Below the pieces are notes generated by a model. That model saw only the letters and a list, made by a program, of their open reading frames with translations. It did not search any database and had not been told where the DNA came from. Made by a program: the position numbers and the translations under genes. This document shows, piece by piece, positions 40,401 through 53,300 of a stretch of 64,000 nt of DNA. This DNA comes from the human T2T-CHM13v2.0 reference genome, Homo sapiens, in NCBI RefSeq assembly GCF_009914755.1, contig NC_060925.1. One strand, written 5' to 3'. Positions within the stretch are counted from its first letter, which is position 1; every line of letters begins with the position of its first letter.

Positions 40401-43280
40401 TTCATAGAGCAGTTAGTAAACACTCTGTTTATAAAGTCTGCAAGTGGATATTCAGACCCCTTTGAGGCCTTCGTTGGAAACGGGATTTCTTCATATTATG
40501 CTAGACAGAAGAATTCTCAGTAACTTCCTTGTGTTGTGTGTATTCAACTGACAGAGTTGAGCTTTCATTTAGAGAGAGCAGATTTGAAACACTGTTTTTC
40601 TGGAATTTGCAGGTGGAGATTTCAAGCGCTTTGGGGCCAAAGGCAGAAAAGAAAATATCTTCGTATAAAAACTAGACAGAATCATTCTCAGAAACTGCTG
40701 CGTGATGTGTGCGTTCAACTCTCAGAGTTTAACTTTTCTTTTCATTCAGCGGTTTGGAAACACTCTGTTTGTAAAGTCTGCACGTGGATATTTTGACCAC
40801 TTAGAGGCTTTCGTTGGAAACGGGATTTTTTCATGTAAGGCTAGACAGAAGAATTCCCAGTAACTTCCTTGTGTTGTGTGCATTCAACTCACAGAGTTGA
40901 ACGTTCCCTTAGACAGAGCAGATTTGAAACACTCTATTTGTGCAATTTGCAAGTGTAGATTTCAAGCGCTTTAAGGTCAATGGCAGAAAAGGAAATATCT
41001 TCGTTTCAAAACTAGACAGAATCATTCCCACAAACTGCGTTGTGATGTGTTCGTTCAACTCACAGAGTTTAACCTTTCTGTTCATAGAGCAGTTAGGAAA
41101 CACTCTGTTTGTAAAGTCCGTAAGTGGATATTCTGACATCTTGTGGCCTTCGTTGGAAACGGGATTTCTTCATAGTCTGCTAGACAGAAGAATTCTCAGT
41201 AACTTCCTTGTGTTGTGTGTATTCAACTCACAGAGTTGAACGATCCTTTACACAGAGCAGACTTGAAACACTCTTTTTGTGGAATTTGCAAGTGGAGATT
41301 TCAGCCGCTTTGAGGTCAATGGTAGAAAAGGAAATATCTTCGTATAAAGACTAGACAGAATGATTCTCAGAAACTCCTTTGTGATGTGTGCGTTCAACTC
41401 ACAGAGTTTAACTTTTCTTTTCATAGAGCAGTTAGGAAACACTCTGTTTGTAAAGTCTGCAAGTGGATATTCAGACCTCTTTGAGGCCTTCGTTGGAAAC
41501 GGGATTTCTTCATATTATGCAAGACAGAATAATTCTCAGTAACTTCCTTGTGTTGTGTGTATTCAACTCACAGAGTTGAACGATCCTTTACAGAGAGCAG
41601 ACTTGAAACACTCTTTTTGTGGAATTTGCAAGTGGAGATTTCAGCCGCTTTGAGGTCATTCGTAGAAAAGGAAATATCTTCGTAGAAAAACTAGACAGAA
41701 TGATTCTCAGAAACTCCTTTGTGATGTGTGTGTTCAACTCACAGAGTTTAACCTTTCTTTTCATAGAGCAGTTAGTAAACACTCTGTTTATAAAGTCTGC
41801 AAGTGGATATTCAGACCCCTTTGAGGCCTTCGTTGGAAACGGGATTTCTTCATATTATGCTAGACAGAAGAATTCTCAGTAACTTCCTTGTGTTGTGTGT
41901 ATTCAACTGACAGAGTTGAACTTTCATTTAGAGAGAGCAGATTTGAAACACTGTTTTTCTGGAATTTGCAGGTGGAGATTTCAAGCGCTTTGGGGCCAAA
42001 GGCAGAAAAGGAAATATCTTCGTATAAAAACTAGACAGAATCATTCTCAGAAACTGCTGCGTGATGTGTGCGTTCAACTCTCAGAGTTTAACTTTTCTTT
42101 TCATTCAGCGGTTTGGAAACACTCTGTTTGTAAAGTCTGCACGTGGATATTTTGACCACTTAGAGGCCTTCGTTGGAAACGGGTTTTTTTCATGTAAGGC
42201 TAGACAGAAGAATTCCCAGTAACTTCCTTGTGTTGTGTGCATTCAACTCACAGAGTTGAACGTTCCCTTAGACAGAGCAGATTTGAAACACTCTATTTGT
42301 GCAATTTGCAAGTGTAGATTTCAAGCGCTTTAAGGTCAATGGCAGAAAAGGAAATATCTTCGTTTCAAAACTAGACAGAATCATTCCCACAAACTGCGTT
42401 GTGATGTGTTCGTTCAACTCACAGAGTTTAACCTTTCTGTTCATAGAGCAGTTAGGAAACACTCTGTTTGTAAAGTCCGTAAGTGGATATTCTGACATCT
42501 TGTGGCCTTCGTTGGAAACGGGATTTCTTCATAGTCTGCTAGACAGAAGAATTCTCAGTAACTTCGTTGTGTTGTGTGTATTCAACTCACAGAGTTGAAC
42601 GATCCTTTACACAGAGCAGACTTGAAACACTCTTTTTGTGGAATTTGCAAGTGGAGATTTCAGCCGCTTTGAGGTCAATGGTAGAATAGGAAATATCTTC
42701 TTATAGAAAATAGACAGAATGATTCTCATAAACTCCTTTGTGATGTGTGCGTTCAACTCACAGAGTTTAACTTTTCTTTTCATAGAGCAGTTAGGAAACA
42801 CTCTGTTTGTAAAGTCTGCAAGTGGATATTCAGACCTCTTTGAGGCCTTCGTTGGAAACGGGATTTCTTCATATTATGCTAGGCAGAATAATTCTCAGTA
42901 ACTTCCTTCTGTTGTGTGTATTCAACTCACAGATTTGAACGATCCTTTACAGAGAGCAGACTTGAAACACTCTTTTTGTGGAATTTGCAAGTGGAGATTT
43001 CAGCCGCTTTGAGCTCAATGGTAGAATACGAAATATCTTCCTATAGAAACTAGACAGAATGATTCTCATAAACTCCGTTGTGATGTGTGCGTTCAACTCA
43101 CAGAGTTTAACCTTTCTGTTCATAGAGCAGTTAGGAAACACTCTGTTTGTAAAGTCTGCAAGTGGATATTCAGACCTCTTTGAGGCCTTCGTTGGAAACG
43201 GGATTTCTTCATATTCTGCTAGACAGAAGAATTCTCAGTAACTTCCTTGTGTTGTGTGTATTCAACTCACAGAGTTGAAC
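34421..43280 (+). repeat. Third, un-duplicated copy of the block underlying the 8,156 bp repeat (~8.8 kb)
   Basis: Offset is 24886 from copy 1 and 16730 from copy 2 (ORFs 35438, 37478, 39177, 40536, 41895). It has copy 1's left flank (GAAAGATCC, CAGAATCTCC, AATTCTTAG) and copy 2's right flank. Confidence 0.92.
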
Positions 43281-46200
43281 GATCCTTTACACAGAGCAGA
43301 CTTGAAACACTCTTTTTGTGGAATTTGCAAGTGGAGATTTCAGCCGCTTTGAGGTCAATAGTATAAAAGGAAATATCTTCGTAGAAAAACTAGACAGAAT
43401 GATTCTCAGAAACTCCTTTGTGATGTGTGTGTTCAACTCACAGAGTTTAACCTTTCTTTTCATAGAGCAGTTAGTAAACACTCTGTTTATAAAGTCTGCA
43501 AGTGGATATTCAGATCCCTTTGTGGCCTTCGTTGGAAACGGGATTTCTTCATATTATGCTAGACAGAAGAATTCTCAGTAACTTCCTTGTGTTGTGTGTA
43601 TTCAACTGACAGAGTTGAACTTTCATTTAGAGAGAGCAGATTTGAAACACTGTTTTTGTGGAATTTGCAAGTGGAGATTTCAGCCGCTTTGAGGTCAATG
43701 GTAGAAAAGGAAACTATCTTCGTATAAAGACTAGACAGAATGATTCTCAGAAAATCCTTTGTGATGTGTGCGTTCAACTCACAGAGCTTAACTTTTCTTT
43801 TCATAGAGCAGTTAGGAAACACTCTGTTTGTAAAGTCTGCAAGTGGATATTCAGACCTCCTTGAGGCCTTCTTTGGAAACGGGATTTCTTCATATTATGC
43901 TAGACAGAAGAATTCTCAGTAACTTCCTTGTGTTGTGTGTATTCAACTCACAGAGTTGAACGATCCTTTACAGAGAGCAGACTTGAAACACTCTTTTTGT
44001 GGAATTTGCAAGTGGAGATTTCAGACGCTTTGAGGTCAATGGTAGAATAGGAAATATCTTCCTATAGAAACTAGACAGAATGATTCTCAGAAACTCCTTT
44101 GTGATGCTTGCGTTCAACTCACAGAGTTTAACCTTTCTTTTCATAGAGCAGTTAGGAAACACTTTTTTTGTAAAGTCTGCAAGTGGATATGGAGACCTCT
44201 TTGAGGCCTCCGTTGGAAACGGGATTTCTTCATTTTATGCTTGACAGAAGAATTCTCAGTAACTTCCTTGTGTTGTGTGTATTCAACTCACAGAGTTGAA
44301 CGATCCTTTACAGAGAGCAGACTTGAAACACTCTTTTTGTGGAATTTGCAAGTGGAGATTTCACCCGCTTTGAGGTCAATGGTAGAATAGGAAATATCTT
44401 CCTATAGAAACTACACAGAATGATTCTCAGAAACTCCTTTGTGATGTGTGCGTTCAACTCACAGAGTTTAACCTTTCTTTTCATAGAGCAGTTAGGAAAC
44501 ACTCTGTTTGTAAAGTCTGCAAGTGGATATTCAGACCTCTTTGAGGCCTTCTTTGGAAACGGGATTTCTTCATATTCTGCAAGACAGAAGAATTCGCAGT
44601 AACTTCCTTGTGTTGTGTGTATTCAACTGACAGGGTTGAACTTTCATTTAGAGAGAGCAGATTTGAAACACTGTTTTTGTGGAATTTGCAAGTGGAGATT
44701 TCAAGCGCTTTGGGGCCAAAGGCAGAAAAGGAAATATCTTCGTATAAAAACTAGACAGAATCATTCTCAGAAACTGCTGCGTGATGTGTGCGTTCAACTC
44801 TCAGAGTTTAACTTTTCTTTTCATTCAGCGGTTTGGAAACACTCTGTTTGTAAAGTCTGCACGTGGATATTTTGACCACTTAGAGGCCTTCGTTGGAAAC
44901 GGGTTTTTTTCATGTAAGGCTAGACAGAAGAATTCCCAGTAACTTCCTTGTGTTGTGTGCATTCAACTCACAGAGTGGAACGTTCCCTTAGACAGAGCAG
45001 ATTTGAAACACTCTATTTGTGCAATTTGCAAGTGTAGATTTCAAGCGCTTTAAGGTCAACGGCAGAAAAGGAAATATCTTCGTTTCATAACTAGACAGAA
45101 TCATTCCCACAAACTGCGTTGTGATGTGTTCGTTCAACTCACAGAGTTTAACCTTTCTGTTCATAGAGCAGTTAGGAAACACTCTGTTTGTAAAGTCTGT
45201 AAGTGGATATTCTGACATCTTGTGGCCTTCGTTGGAAACGGGATTTCTTCATAGTCTGCTAGACAGAAGAATTCTCAGTAACTTCCTTGTGTTGTGTGTA
45301 TTCAACTCACAGAGTTGAACGATCCTTTACACAGAGCAGACTTGAAACACTCTTTTTGTGGAATTTGCAAGTGGAGATTTCAGCCGCTTTGAGGTCAATG
45401 GTAGAATAGGAAATATCTTCTTATAGAAAATAGACAGAAAGATTCTCATAAACTCCTTTGTGATGTGTGCGTTCAACTCACAGAGTTTAACTTTTCTTTT
45501 CATAGAGCAGTTAGGAAACACTCTGTTTGTAAAGTCTGCAAGTGGATATTCAGACCTCTTTGAGGCCTTCCTTGGAAACGGGATTTCTTCATATTGTGCT
45601 AGACAGAAGAATTCTCAGTAACTTCCTTGTGTTGTGTGTATTCAACTCACAGAGTTGAACGATCCTTTACAGAGAGCAGACTTGAAACACTCTTTTTGTG
45701 GAATTTGCAAGTGGAGATTTCAGCCGCTTTGAGCTCAATGGTAGAATAGGAAATATCTTCCTATAGAAACTAGACAGAATGATTCTCATAAACTCCTTTG
45801 TGATGTGTGCATTCAACTCACAGAGTTTCACCTTTCTTTTCATAGAGCAGTTAGAAAACACTCTGTTTGTAAAGTCTGCAAGTGGATATTCAGACCTCCT
45901 TGAGGCCTTCGTTGGAAACGGGATTTCTTCATATTATGCTAGACAGAACAATTCTCAGTAACTTCCTTGTGTTGCGTGTATTAAACTCACAGAGTTGAAC
46001 GATCCTTTACACAGAGCAGACTTGAAACACTCTTTTTGTGGAATTTGCAAGTGGAGATTTCAGCCGCTTTGAGGTCAATGGTAGAAAAGGAAATATCTTC
46101 GTATAAAGGCTAGACTGAATGATTCTCAGAAAATCCTTTGTGATGTGTGCGTTCAACTCACAGAGTTTAACTTTTCTTTTCATAGAGCAGTTAGGAAACA

Positions 46201-47309
46201 CTTTTTTTGTAAAGTCTGCAAGTGGATATTGAGACCTCTTTGAGGCCTCCGTTGGAAACGGGATTTCTTCATTTTATGCTTGACAGAAGAATTCTCAGTA
46301 ACTTCCTTGTGTTGTGTGTATTCAACTGACAGAGTTGAACTTTCATTTAGAGAGAGCAGATTTGAAACACTGTTTTTGTGGAATTTGCAGGTGGAGATTT
46401 CAAGCGCTTTGGGGCCAAAGGCAGAAAAGGAAATATCTTCGTATAAAAACTAGACAGAATCATTCTCAGAAACTGCTGCGTGATGTGTGCGTTCAACTCT
46501 CACAGTTTAACTTTTCTTTTCATTCAGCGGTTTGGAAACACTCTGTTTGCAAAGTCTGCACGTGGATATTTTGACCACTTAGAGGCCTTCGTTGGAAACG
46601 GGTGTTTTTCATATAAGGCTAGACAGAAGAATTCCCAGTAACTTCCTTGTGTTGTGTGCATTCAACTCACAGAGTTGAACGTTCCCTTAGACAGAGCAGA
46701 TTTGAAACACTCTATTTGTGCAATTTGCAAGTGTAGATTTCAAGCGCTTTAAGGTCAATGGCAGAAAAGGAAATATCTTCGTTTCAAAACTAGACAGAAT
46801 CATTCCCACAAACTGCGTTGTGATGTGTTCGTTCAACTCACAGAGTTTAAGCTTTCTGTTCATAGAGCAGTTAGGAAACACTCTGTTTGTAAAGTCTGTA
46901 AGTGGATATTCTGACATCTTGTGGCCTTCGTTGGAAACGGGATTTCTTCATATTCTGCTAGACAGAAGAATTCTCAGTAACTTCCTTGTGTTGTGTGTAT
47001 TCAGCTCACAGAGTTGAACGATCCTTTACACAGAGCAGACTTGAAACACTGTTTTTGTGGAATTTGCAAGTGGAGATTTCAGCCGCTTTGAGGTCAATGG
47101 TAGAAAAGGAAATATCTTCGTATAAAGACTAGACAGAATGATTCTCAGAAACTCCTTTGTGATGTGTGCGTTCAACTAACAGAGTTTAACCTTTCTTTTC
47201 ATAGAGCAGTTAGGAAACACTCTGTTTGTAAAGTCTACAAGTGGATATTCAGACCTCCTTGAGGCCTTCGTTGGCAACAGGATTTCTTCATATTCTGCTA
47301 GACAGAAGA

Positions 47310-50300
47310 ATTCTCAGTAACTTCCTTGTGTTGTGTGTATTCAACTCACAGAGTTGAACGATCCTTTACACAGAGCAGACTTGAAACACTCTTTTTGTGT
47401 AATTTGCAAGTGGAGATTTCATCCGCTTTGAGGTCAATAGTAGAAAAGAAAATATCTTCATAGAAAAACTAGACAGAAAGATTCTCAGAAACTGCTTTGT
47501 GATGTGTGTGTTCAACTCACAGAGTTTAACCTTTCTTTTCATAGAGCAGTTAGTAAACACTCTGTTTATAAAGTCTGCAAGTGGATATTCAGACCCCTTT
47601 GAGGCCTTCGTTGGAAACGGGATTTCTTCGTATTATGCTAGACAGAAGAATTCTCAGTAACTTCCTTGTGTTGTGTGTATTCAACTGACAGAGTTGAACT
47701 TTCATTTAGAGAGAGCAGATTTGAAACACTGTTTTTGTGGAATTTGCAAGTGGAGATTTCAAGCGCTTTGGGGCCAAAGGCAGAAAAGGAAATATCTTCG
47801 TATAAAAACTAGACAGAATCATTCTCAGAAACTGCTGCGTGATGTGTGCGTTCAACTCTCAGAGTTTAACTTTTCTTTTCATTCAGCGGTTTGGAAACAC
47901 TCTGTTTGTAAAGTCTGCACGTGGATATTTTGACCACTTAGAGGCCTTCGTTGGAAACGGGTTTGTTTCATGTAAGGCTTGACAGAAGAATTCCCAGTAA
48001 CTTCCTTGTGTTGTGTGCATTCAAGTCACAGAGTTGAACGTTTCCTTAGACAGAGCAGAATTGAAACACTCTATTTGTGCAATTTGCAAGTGTAGATTTC
48101 AAGCGCTTTAAGGTCAATGGCAGAAAAGGAAATATCTTCGTTTCAAAACTAGACAGAATCATTCCCACAAACTGCGTTGTGATGTGTTCGTTCAACTCAC
48201 AGAGTTTAACCTTTCTGTTCATAGAGCAGTTAGGAAACACTCTGTTTGTAAAGTCTGTAAGTGGATATTCTGACATCTTGTGGCCTTCGTTGGAAACGGG
48301 ATTTCTTCATATTCTGCTAGACAGAAGAATTCTCAGTAACTTCCTTGTGTTGTGTGTATTCAACTCACAGAGTTGAACGATCCTTTACACAGAGCAGACT
48401 TGAAACACTCTTTTTGTGGAATTTGCAAGTGGAGATTTCAGCCGCTTTGAGGTCAATGGTAGAAAAGGAAATATCTTCGTAGAAAGACTAGACAGAATGA
48501 TTCTCAGAAACTCCTTTGTGATGTGTGCGTTCAACTCACAGAGTTTAACTTTTCTTTTCATAGAGCAGTTAGGAAACACTCTGTTTGTAAAGTCTGCAAG
48601 TGGATATTCAGAGCTCTTTGAGACCTTCGTTGGAAACGGGATTTCTTCATATTCTGCTAGACAGAAGAATTCTCAGTAACTTCCTTGTGTTGTGTGTATT
48701 CAACTCACAGAGTTGAACGATCCTTTACAGAGAGCAGACTTGAAACACTCTTTTTGTGGAATTTGCAAGTGGAGATTTCAGCCGCTTTGAGGTCAATGGT
48801 AGAATAGGAAATATCTTCCTATAGAAACTAGACAGAATGATTCTCAGAAACTCCTTTGTGATGTGTGCGTTCAACTCACAGAGTTTAAGCATTCTTTTCA
48901 TAGAGCAGTTAGGAAACACTCTGTTTGTAAAGTCTGCAAGTGGATATTCTGACCTCCTTGAGGCCTTCGTTGGAAACGGGATTTCTTCATATTCTGCTAG
49001 ACAGAAGAATTCTCAGTAACTTCCTTGTGTTGTGTGTATTCAACTCACAGAGTTGAACGATCCTTTACACAGAGCAGACTTGAAACACTCTTTTTGTGTA
49101 ATTTGCAAGTGGAGATTTCAGCCGCTTTGAGGTCAATAGTAGAAAAGGAAATATCTTCATAGAAAAACTAGACAGAATGATTCTCAGAAACTGCTTTGTG
49201 ATGTGTGTGTTCAACTCACAGAGTTTAACCTTTCTTTTCATAGAGCAGTTAGTAAACACTCTGTTTATAAAGTCTGCAAGTGGATATTCAGACCCCTTTG
49301 AGGCCTTCGTTGGAAACGGGATTTCTTCATATTATGCTAGACAGAAGAATTCTCAGTAACTTCCTTGTGTTGTGTGTATTCAACTGACAGAGTTGAACTT
49401 TCATTTAGAGAGAGCAGATTTGAAACACTGTTTTTGTGGAATTTGCAAGTGGAGATTTCAAGCGCTTTGGGGCCAAAGGCAGAAAAGGAAATATCTTCGT
49501 ATAAAAACTAGACAGAATCATTCTCAGAAACTGCTGCGTGATGTGTGCGTTCAACTCTCAGAGTTTAACTTTTCTTTTCATTCAGCGGTTTGGAAACACT
49601 CTGTTTGTAAAGTCTGCACGTGGATACTTTGACCACTTAGAGGCCTTCGTTGGAAACGGGTTTTTTTCATGTAAGGCTAGACAGAAGAATTCCCAGTAAC
49701 TTCCTTGTGTTGTGTGCATTCAAGTCACAGAGTTGAACGTTTCCTTAGACAGAGCAGAATTGAAACACTCTATTTGTGCAATTTGCAAGTGTAGATTTCA
49801 AGCGCTTTAAGGTCAATGGCAGAAAAGGAAATATCTTCGTTTCAAAACTAGACAGAATCATTCCCACAAACTGCGTTGTGATGTGTTCGTTCAACTCACA
49901 GAGTTTAACCTTTCTGTTCATAGAGCAGTTAGGAAACACTCTGTTTGTAAAGTCTGTAAGTGGATATTCTGACATCTTGTGGCCTTCGTTGGAAACGGGA
50001 TTTCTTCATATTCTGCTAGACAGAAGAATTCTCAGTAACTTCCTTGTGTTGTGTGTATTCAACTCACAGAGTTGAACGATCCTTTACACAGAGCAGACTT
50101 GAAACACTCTTTTTGTGGAATTTGCAAGTGGAGATTTCAGCCGCTTTGAGGTCAATGGTAGAAAAGGAAATATCTTCGTATAAAGACTAGACAGAATGAT
50201 TCTCAGAAACTCCTTTGTGATGTGTGCGTTCAACTCACAGAGTTTAACTTTTCTTTTCATAGAGCAGTTAGGAAACACTCTGTTTGTAAAGTCTGCAAGT

Positions 50301-53300
50301 GGATATTCAGAGCTCTTTGAGGCCTTCGTTGGAAACGGGATTTCTTCATATTCTGCTAGACAGAAGAATTCTCAGTAACTTCCTTGTGTTGTGTGTATTC
50401 AACTCACAGAGTTGAACGATCCTTTACAGAGAGCAGACTTGAAACACTCTTTTTGTGGAATTTGCAAGTGGAGATTTCAGCCGCTTTGAGGTCAATGGTA
50501 GAATAGGAAATATCTTCCTATAGAAACTAGACAGAATGATTCTCAGAAACTCCTTTGTGATGTGTGCGTTCAACTCACAGAGTTTAAGCATTCTTTTCAT
50601 AGAGCAGTTAGGAAACACTCTGTTTGTAAAGTCTGCAAGTGGATATTCTGACCTCCTTGAGGCCTTCGTTGGAAACGGGATTTCTTCATATTCTGCTAGA
50701 CAGAAGAATTCTCAGTAACTTCCTTGTGTTGTGTGTATTCAACTCACAGAGTTGAACGATCCTTTACACAGAGCAGACTTGAAACACTCTTTTTGTGTAA
50801 TTTGCAAGTGGAGATTTCAGCCGCTTTGAGGTCAATAGTAGAAAAGGAAATATCTTCATAGAAAAACTAGACAGAATGATTCTCAGAAACTGCTTTGTGA
50901 TGTGTGTGTTCAGCTCACAGAGTTTAACCTTTCTTTTCATAGAGCAGTTAGTAAACACTCTGTTTATAAAGTCTGCAAGTGGATATTCAGACCCCTTTGA
51001 GGCCTTCGTTGGAAACGGGATTTCTTCATATTATGCTAGACAGAAGAATTCTCAGTAACTTCCTTGTGTTGTGTGTATTCAACTGACAGAGTTGAACTTT
51101 CATTTAGAGAGAGCAGATTTGAAACACTGTTTTTGTGGAATTTGCAAGTGGAGATTTCAAGCGCTTTGGGGCCAAAGGCAGAAAAGGAAATATCTTCGTA
51201 TAAAAACTAGACAGAATCATTCTCAGAAACTGCTGCGTGATGTGTGCGTTCAACTCTCAGAGTTTAACTTTTCTTTTCATTCAGCGGTTTGGAAACACTC
51301 TGTTTGTAAAGTCTGCACGTGGATATTTTGACCACTTAGAGGCCTTCGTTGGAAACGGGTTTTTTTCATGTAAGGCTAGACAGAAGAATTCCCAGTAACT
51401 TCCTTGTGTTGTGTGCATTCAAGTCACAGAGTTGAACGTTTCCTTAGACAGAGCAGAATTGAAACACTCTATTTGTGCAATTTGCAAGTGTAGATTTCAA
51501 GCGCTTTAAGGTCAATGGCAGAAAAGGAAATATCTTCGTTTCAAAACTAGACAGAATCATTCCCACAAACTGCGTTGTGATGTGTTCGTTCAACTCACAG
51601 AGTTTAACCTTTCTGTTCATAGAGCAGTTAGGAAACACTCTGTTTGTAAAGTCTGTAAGTGGATATTCTGACATCTTGTGGCCTTCGTTGGAAACGGGAT
51701 TTCTTCATATTCTGCTAGACAGAAGAATTCTCAGTAACTTCCTTGTGTTGTGTGTATTCAACTCACAGAGTTGAACGATCCATTACACAGAGCAGACTTG
51801 AAACACTCTTTTTGTGGAATTTGCAAGTGGAGATTTCAGCCGCTTTGAGGTCAATGGTAGAAAAGGAAATATCTTCGTATAAAGACTAGACAGAATGATT
51901 CTCAGAAACTCCTTTGTGATGTGTGCGTTCAACTCACAGAGTTTAACCATTCTTTTCATAGAGCAGTTAGGAAACACTCTGTTTGTAAAGCCTGCAAGTG
52001 GATATTCTGACCTCCTTGAGGCCTTCGTTGGAAACGCGATTTCTTCATATTCTGCTAGACAGAAGAATTCTCAGTAACTTCCTTGTGTTGTGTGTATTCA
52101 ACTCACAGAGTTGAACGATCCTTTACACAGAGCAGACTTGAAACACTCTTTTTGTGTAATTTGCAAGTGGAGATTTCAGCCGCTTTGAGGTCAATAGTAG
52201 AAAAGAAAATATCTTCATAGAAAAACTAGACAGAAAGATTCTCAGAAACTGCTTTGTGATGTGTGTGTTCAACTCACAGAGTTTAACCTTTCTTTTCATA
52301 GAGCAGTTAGTAAACACTCTGTTTATAAAGTCTGCAAGTGGATATTCAGACCCCTTTGAGGCCTTCGTTGGAAACGGGATTTCTTCATATTATGCTAGAC
52401 AGAAGAATTCTCAGTAACTTCCTTGTGTTGTGTGTATTCAACTGACAGAGTTGAACTTTCATTTAGAGAGAGCAGATTTGAAACACTGTTTTTGTGGAAT
52501 TTGCAAGTGGAGATTTCAAGCGCTTTGGGGCCAAAGGCAGAAAAGGAAATATCTTCGTATAAAAACTAGACAGAATCATTCTCAGAAACTGCTGCGTGAT
52601 GTGTGCGTTCAACTCTCAGAGTTTAACTTTTCTTTTCATTCAGCGGTTTGGAAACACTCTGTTTGTAAAGTCTGCACGTGGATATTTTGACCACTTAGAG
52701 GCCTTCGTTGGAAACGGGTTTTTTTCATGTAAGGCTAGACAGAAGAATTCCCAGTAACTTCCTTGTGTTGTGTGCATTCAAGTCACAGAGTTGAACGTTT
52801 CCTTAGACAGAGCAGAATTGAAACACTCTATTTGTGCAATTTGCAAGTGTAGATTTCAAGCGCTTTAAGGTCAATGGCAGAAAAGGAAATATCTTCGTTT
52901 CAAAACTAGACAGAATCATTCCCACAAACTGCGTTGTGATGTGTTCGTTCAACTCACAGAGTTTAACCTTTCTGTTCATAGAGCAGTTAGGAAACACTCT
53001 GTTTGTAAAGTCTGTAAGTGGATATTCTGACATCTTGTGGCCTTCGTTGGAAACGGGATTTCTTCATATTCTGCTAGACAGAAGAATTCTCAGTAACTTC
53101 CTTGTGTTGTGTGTATTCAACTCACAGAGTTGAACGATCCTTTACACAGAGCAGACTTGAAACACTCTTTTTGTGGAATTTGCAAGTGGAGATTTCAGCC
53201 GCTTTGAGGTCAATGGTAGAATAGGAAATATCTTCCTATAGAAACTAGACAGAATGATTCTCAGAAACTCCTTTGTGATGTGTGCGTTCAACTCACAGAG

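Larger units (their letters stand above)
26500..43280 (+). repeat. Super-repeat copy B
   Basis: Starts with the GAACTATCC / TTGTTAAAG(+T) / GAGGCTTCG(-C) / TACACGTGG series first seen at 4.1-5.7 kb. Ends with the same dimers (TAGGCAG, GAGCTC...AATACG, CTCCGTTG) that end copy A. Confidence 0.75.
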
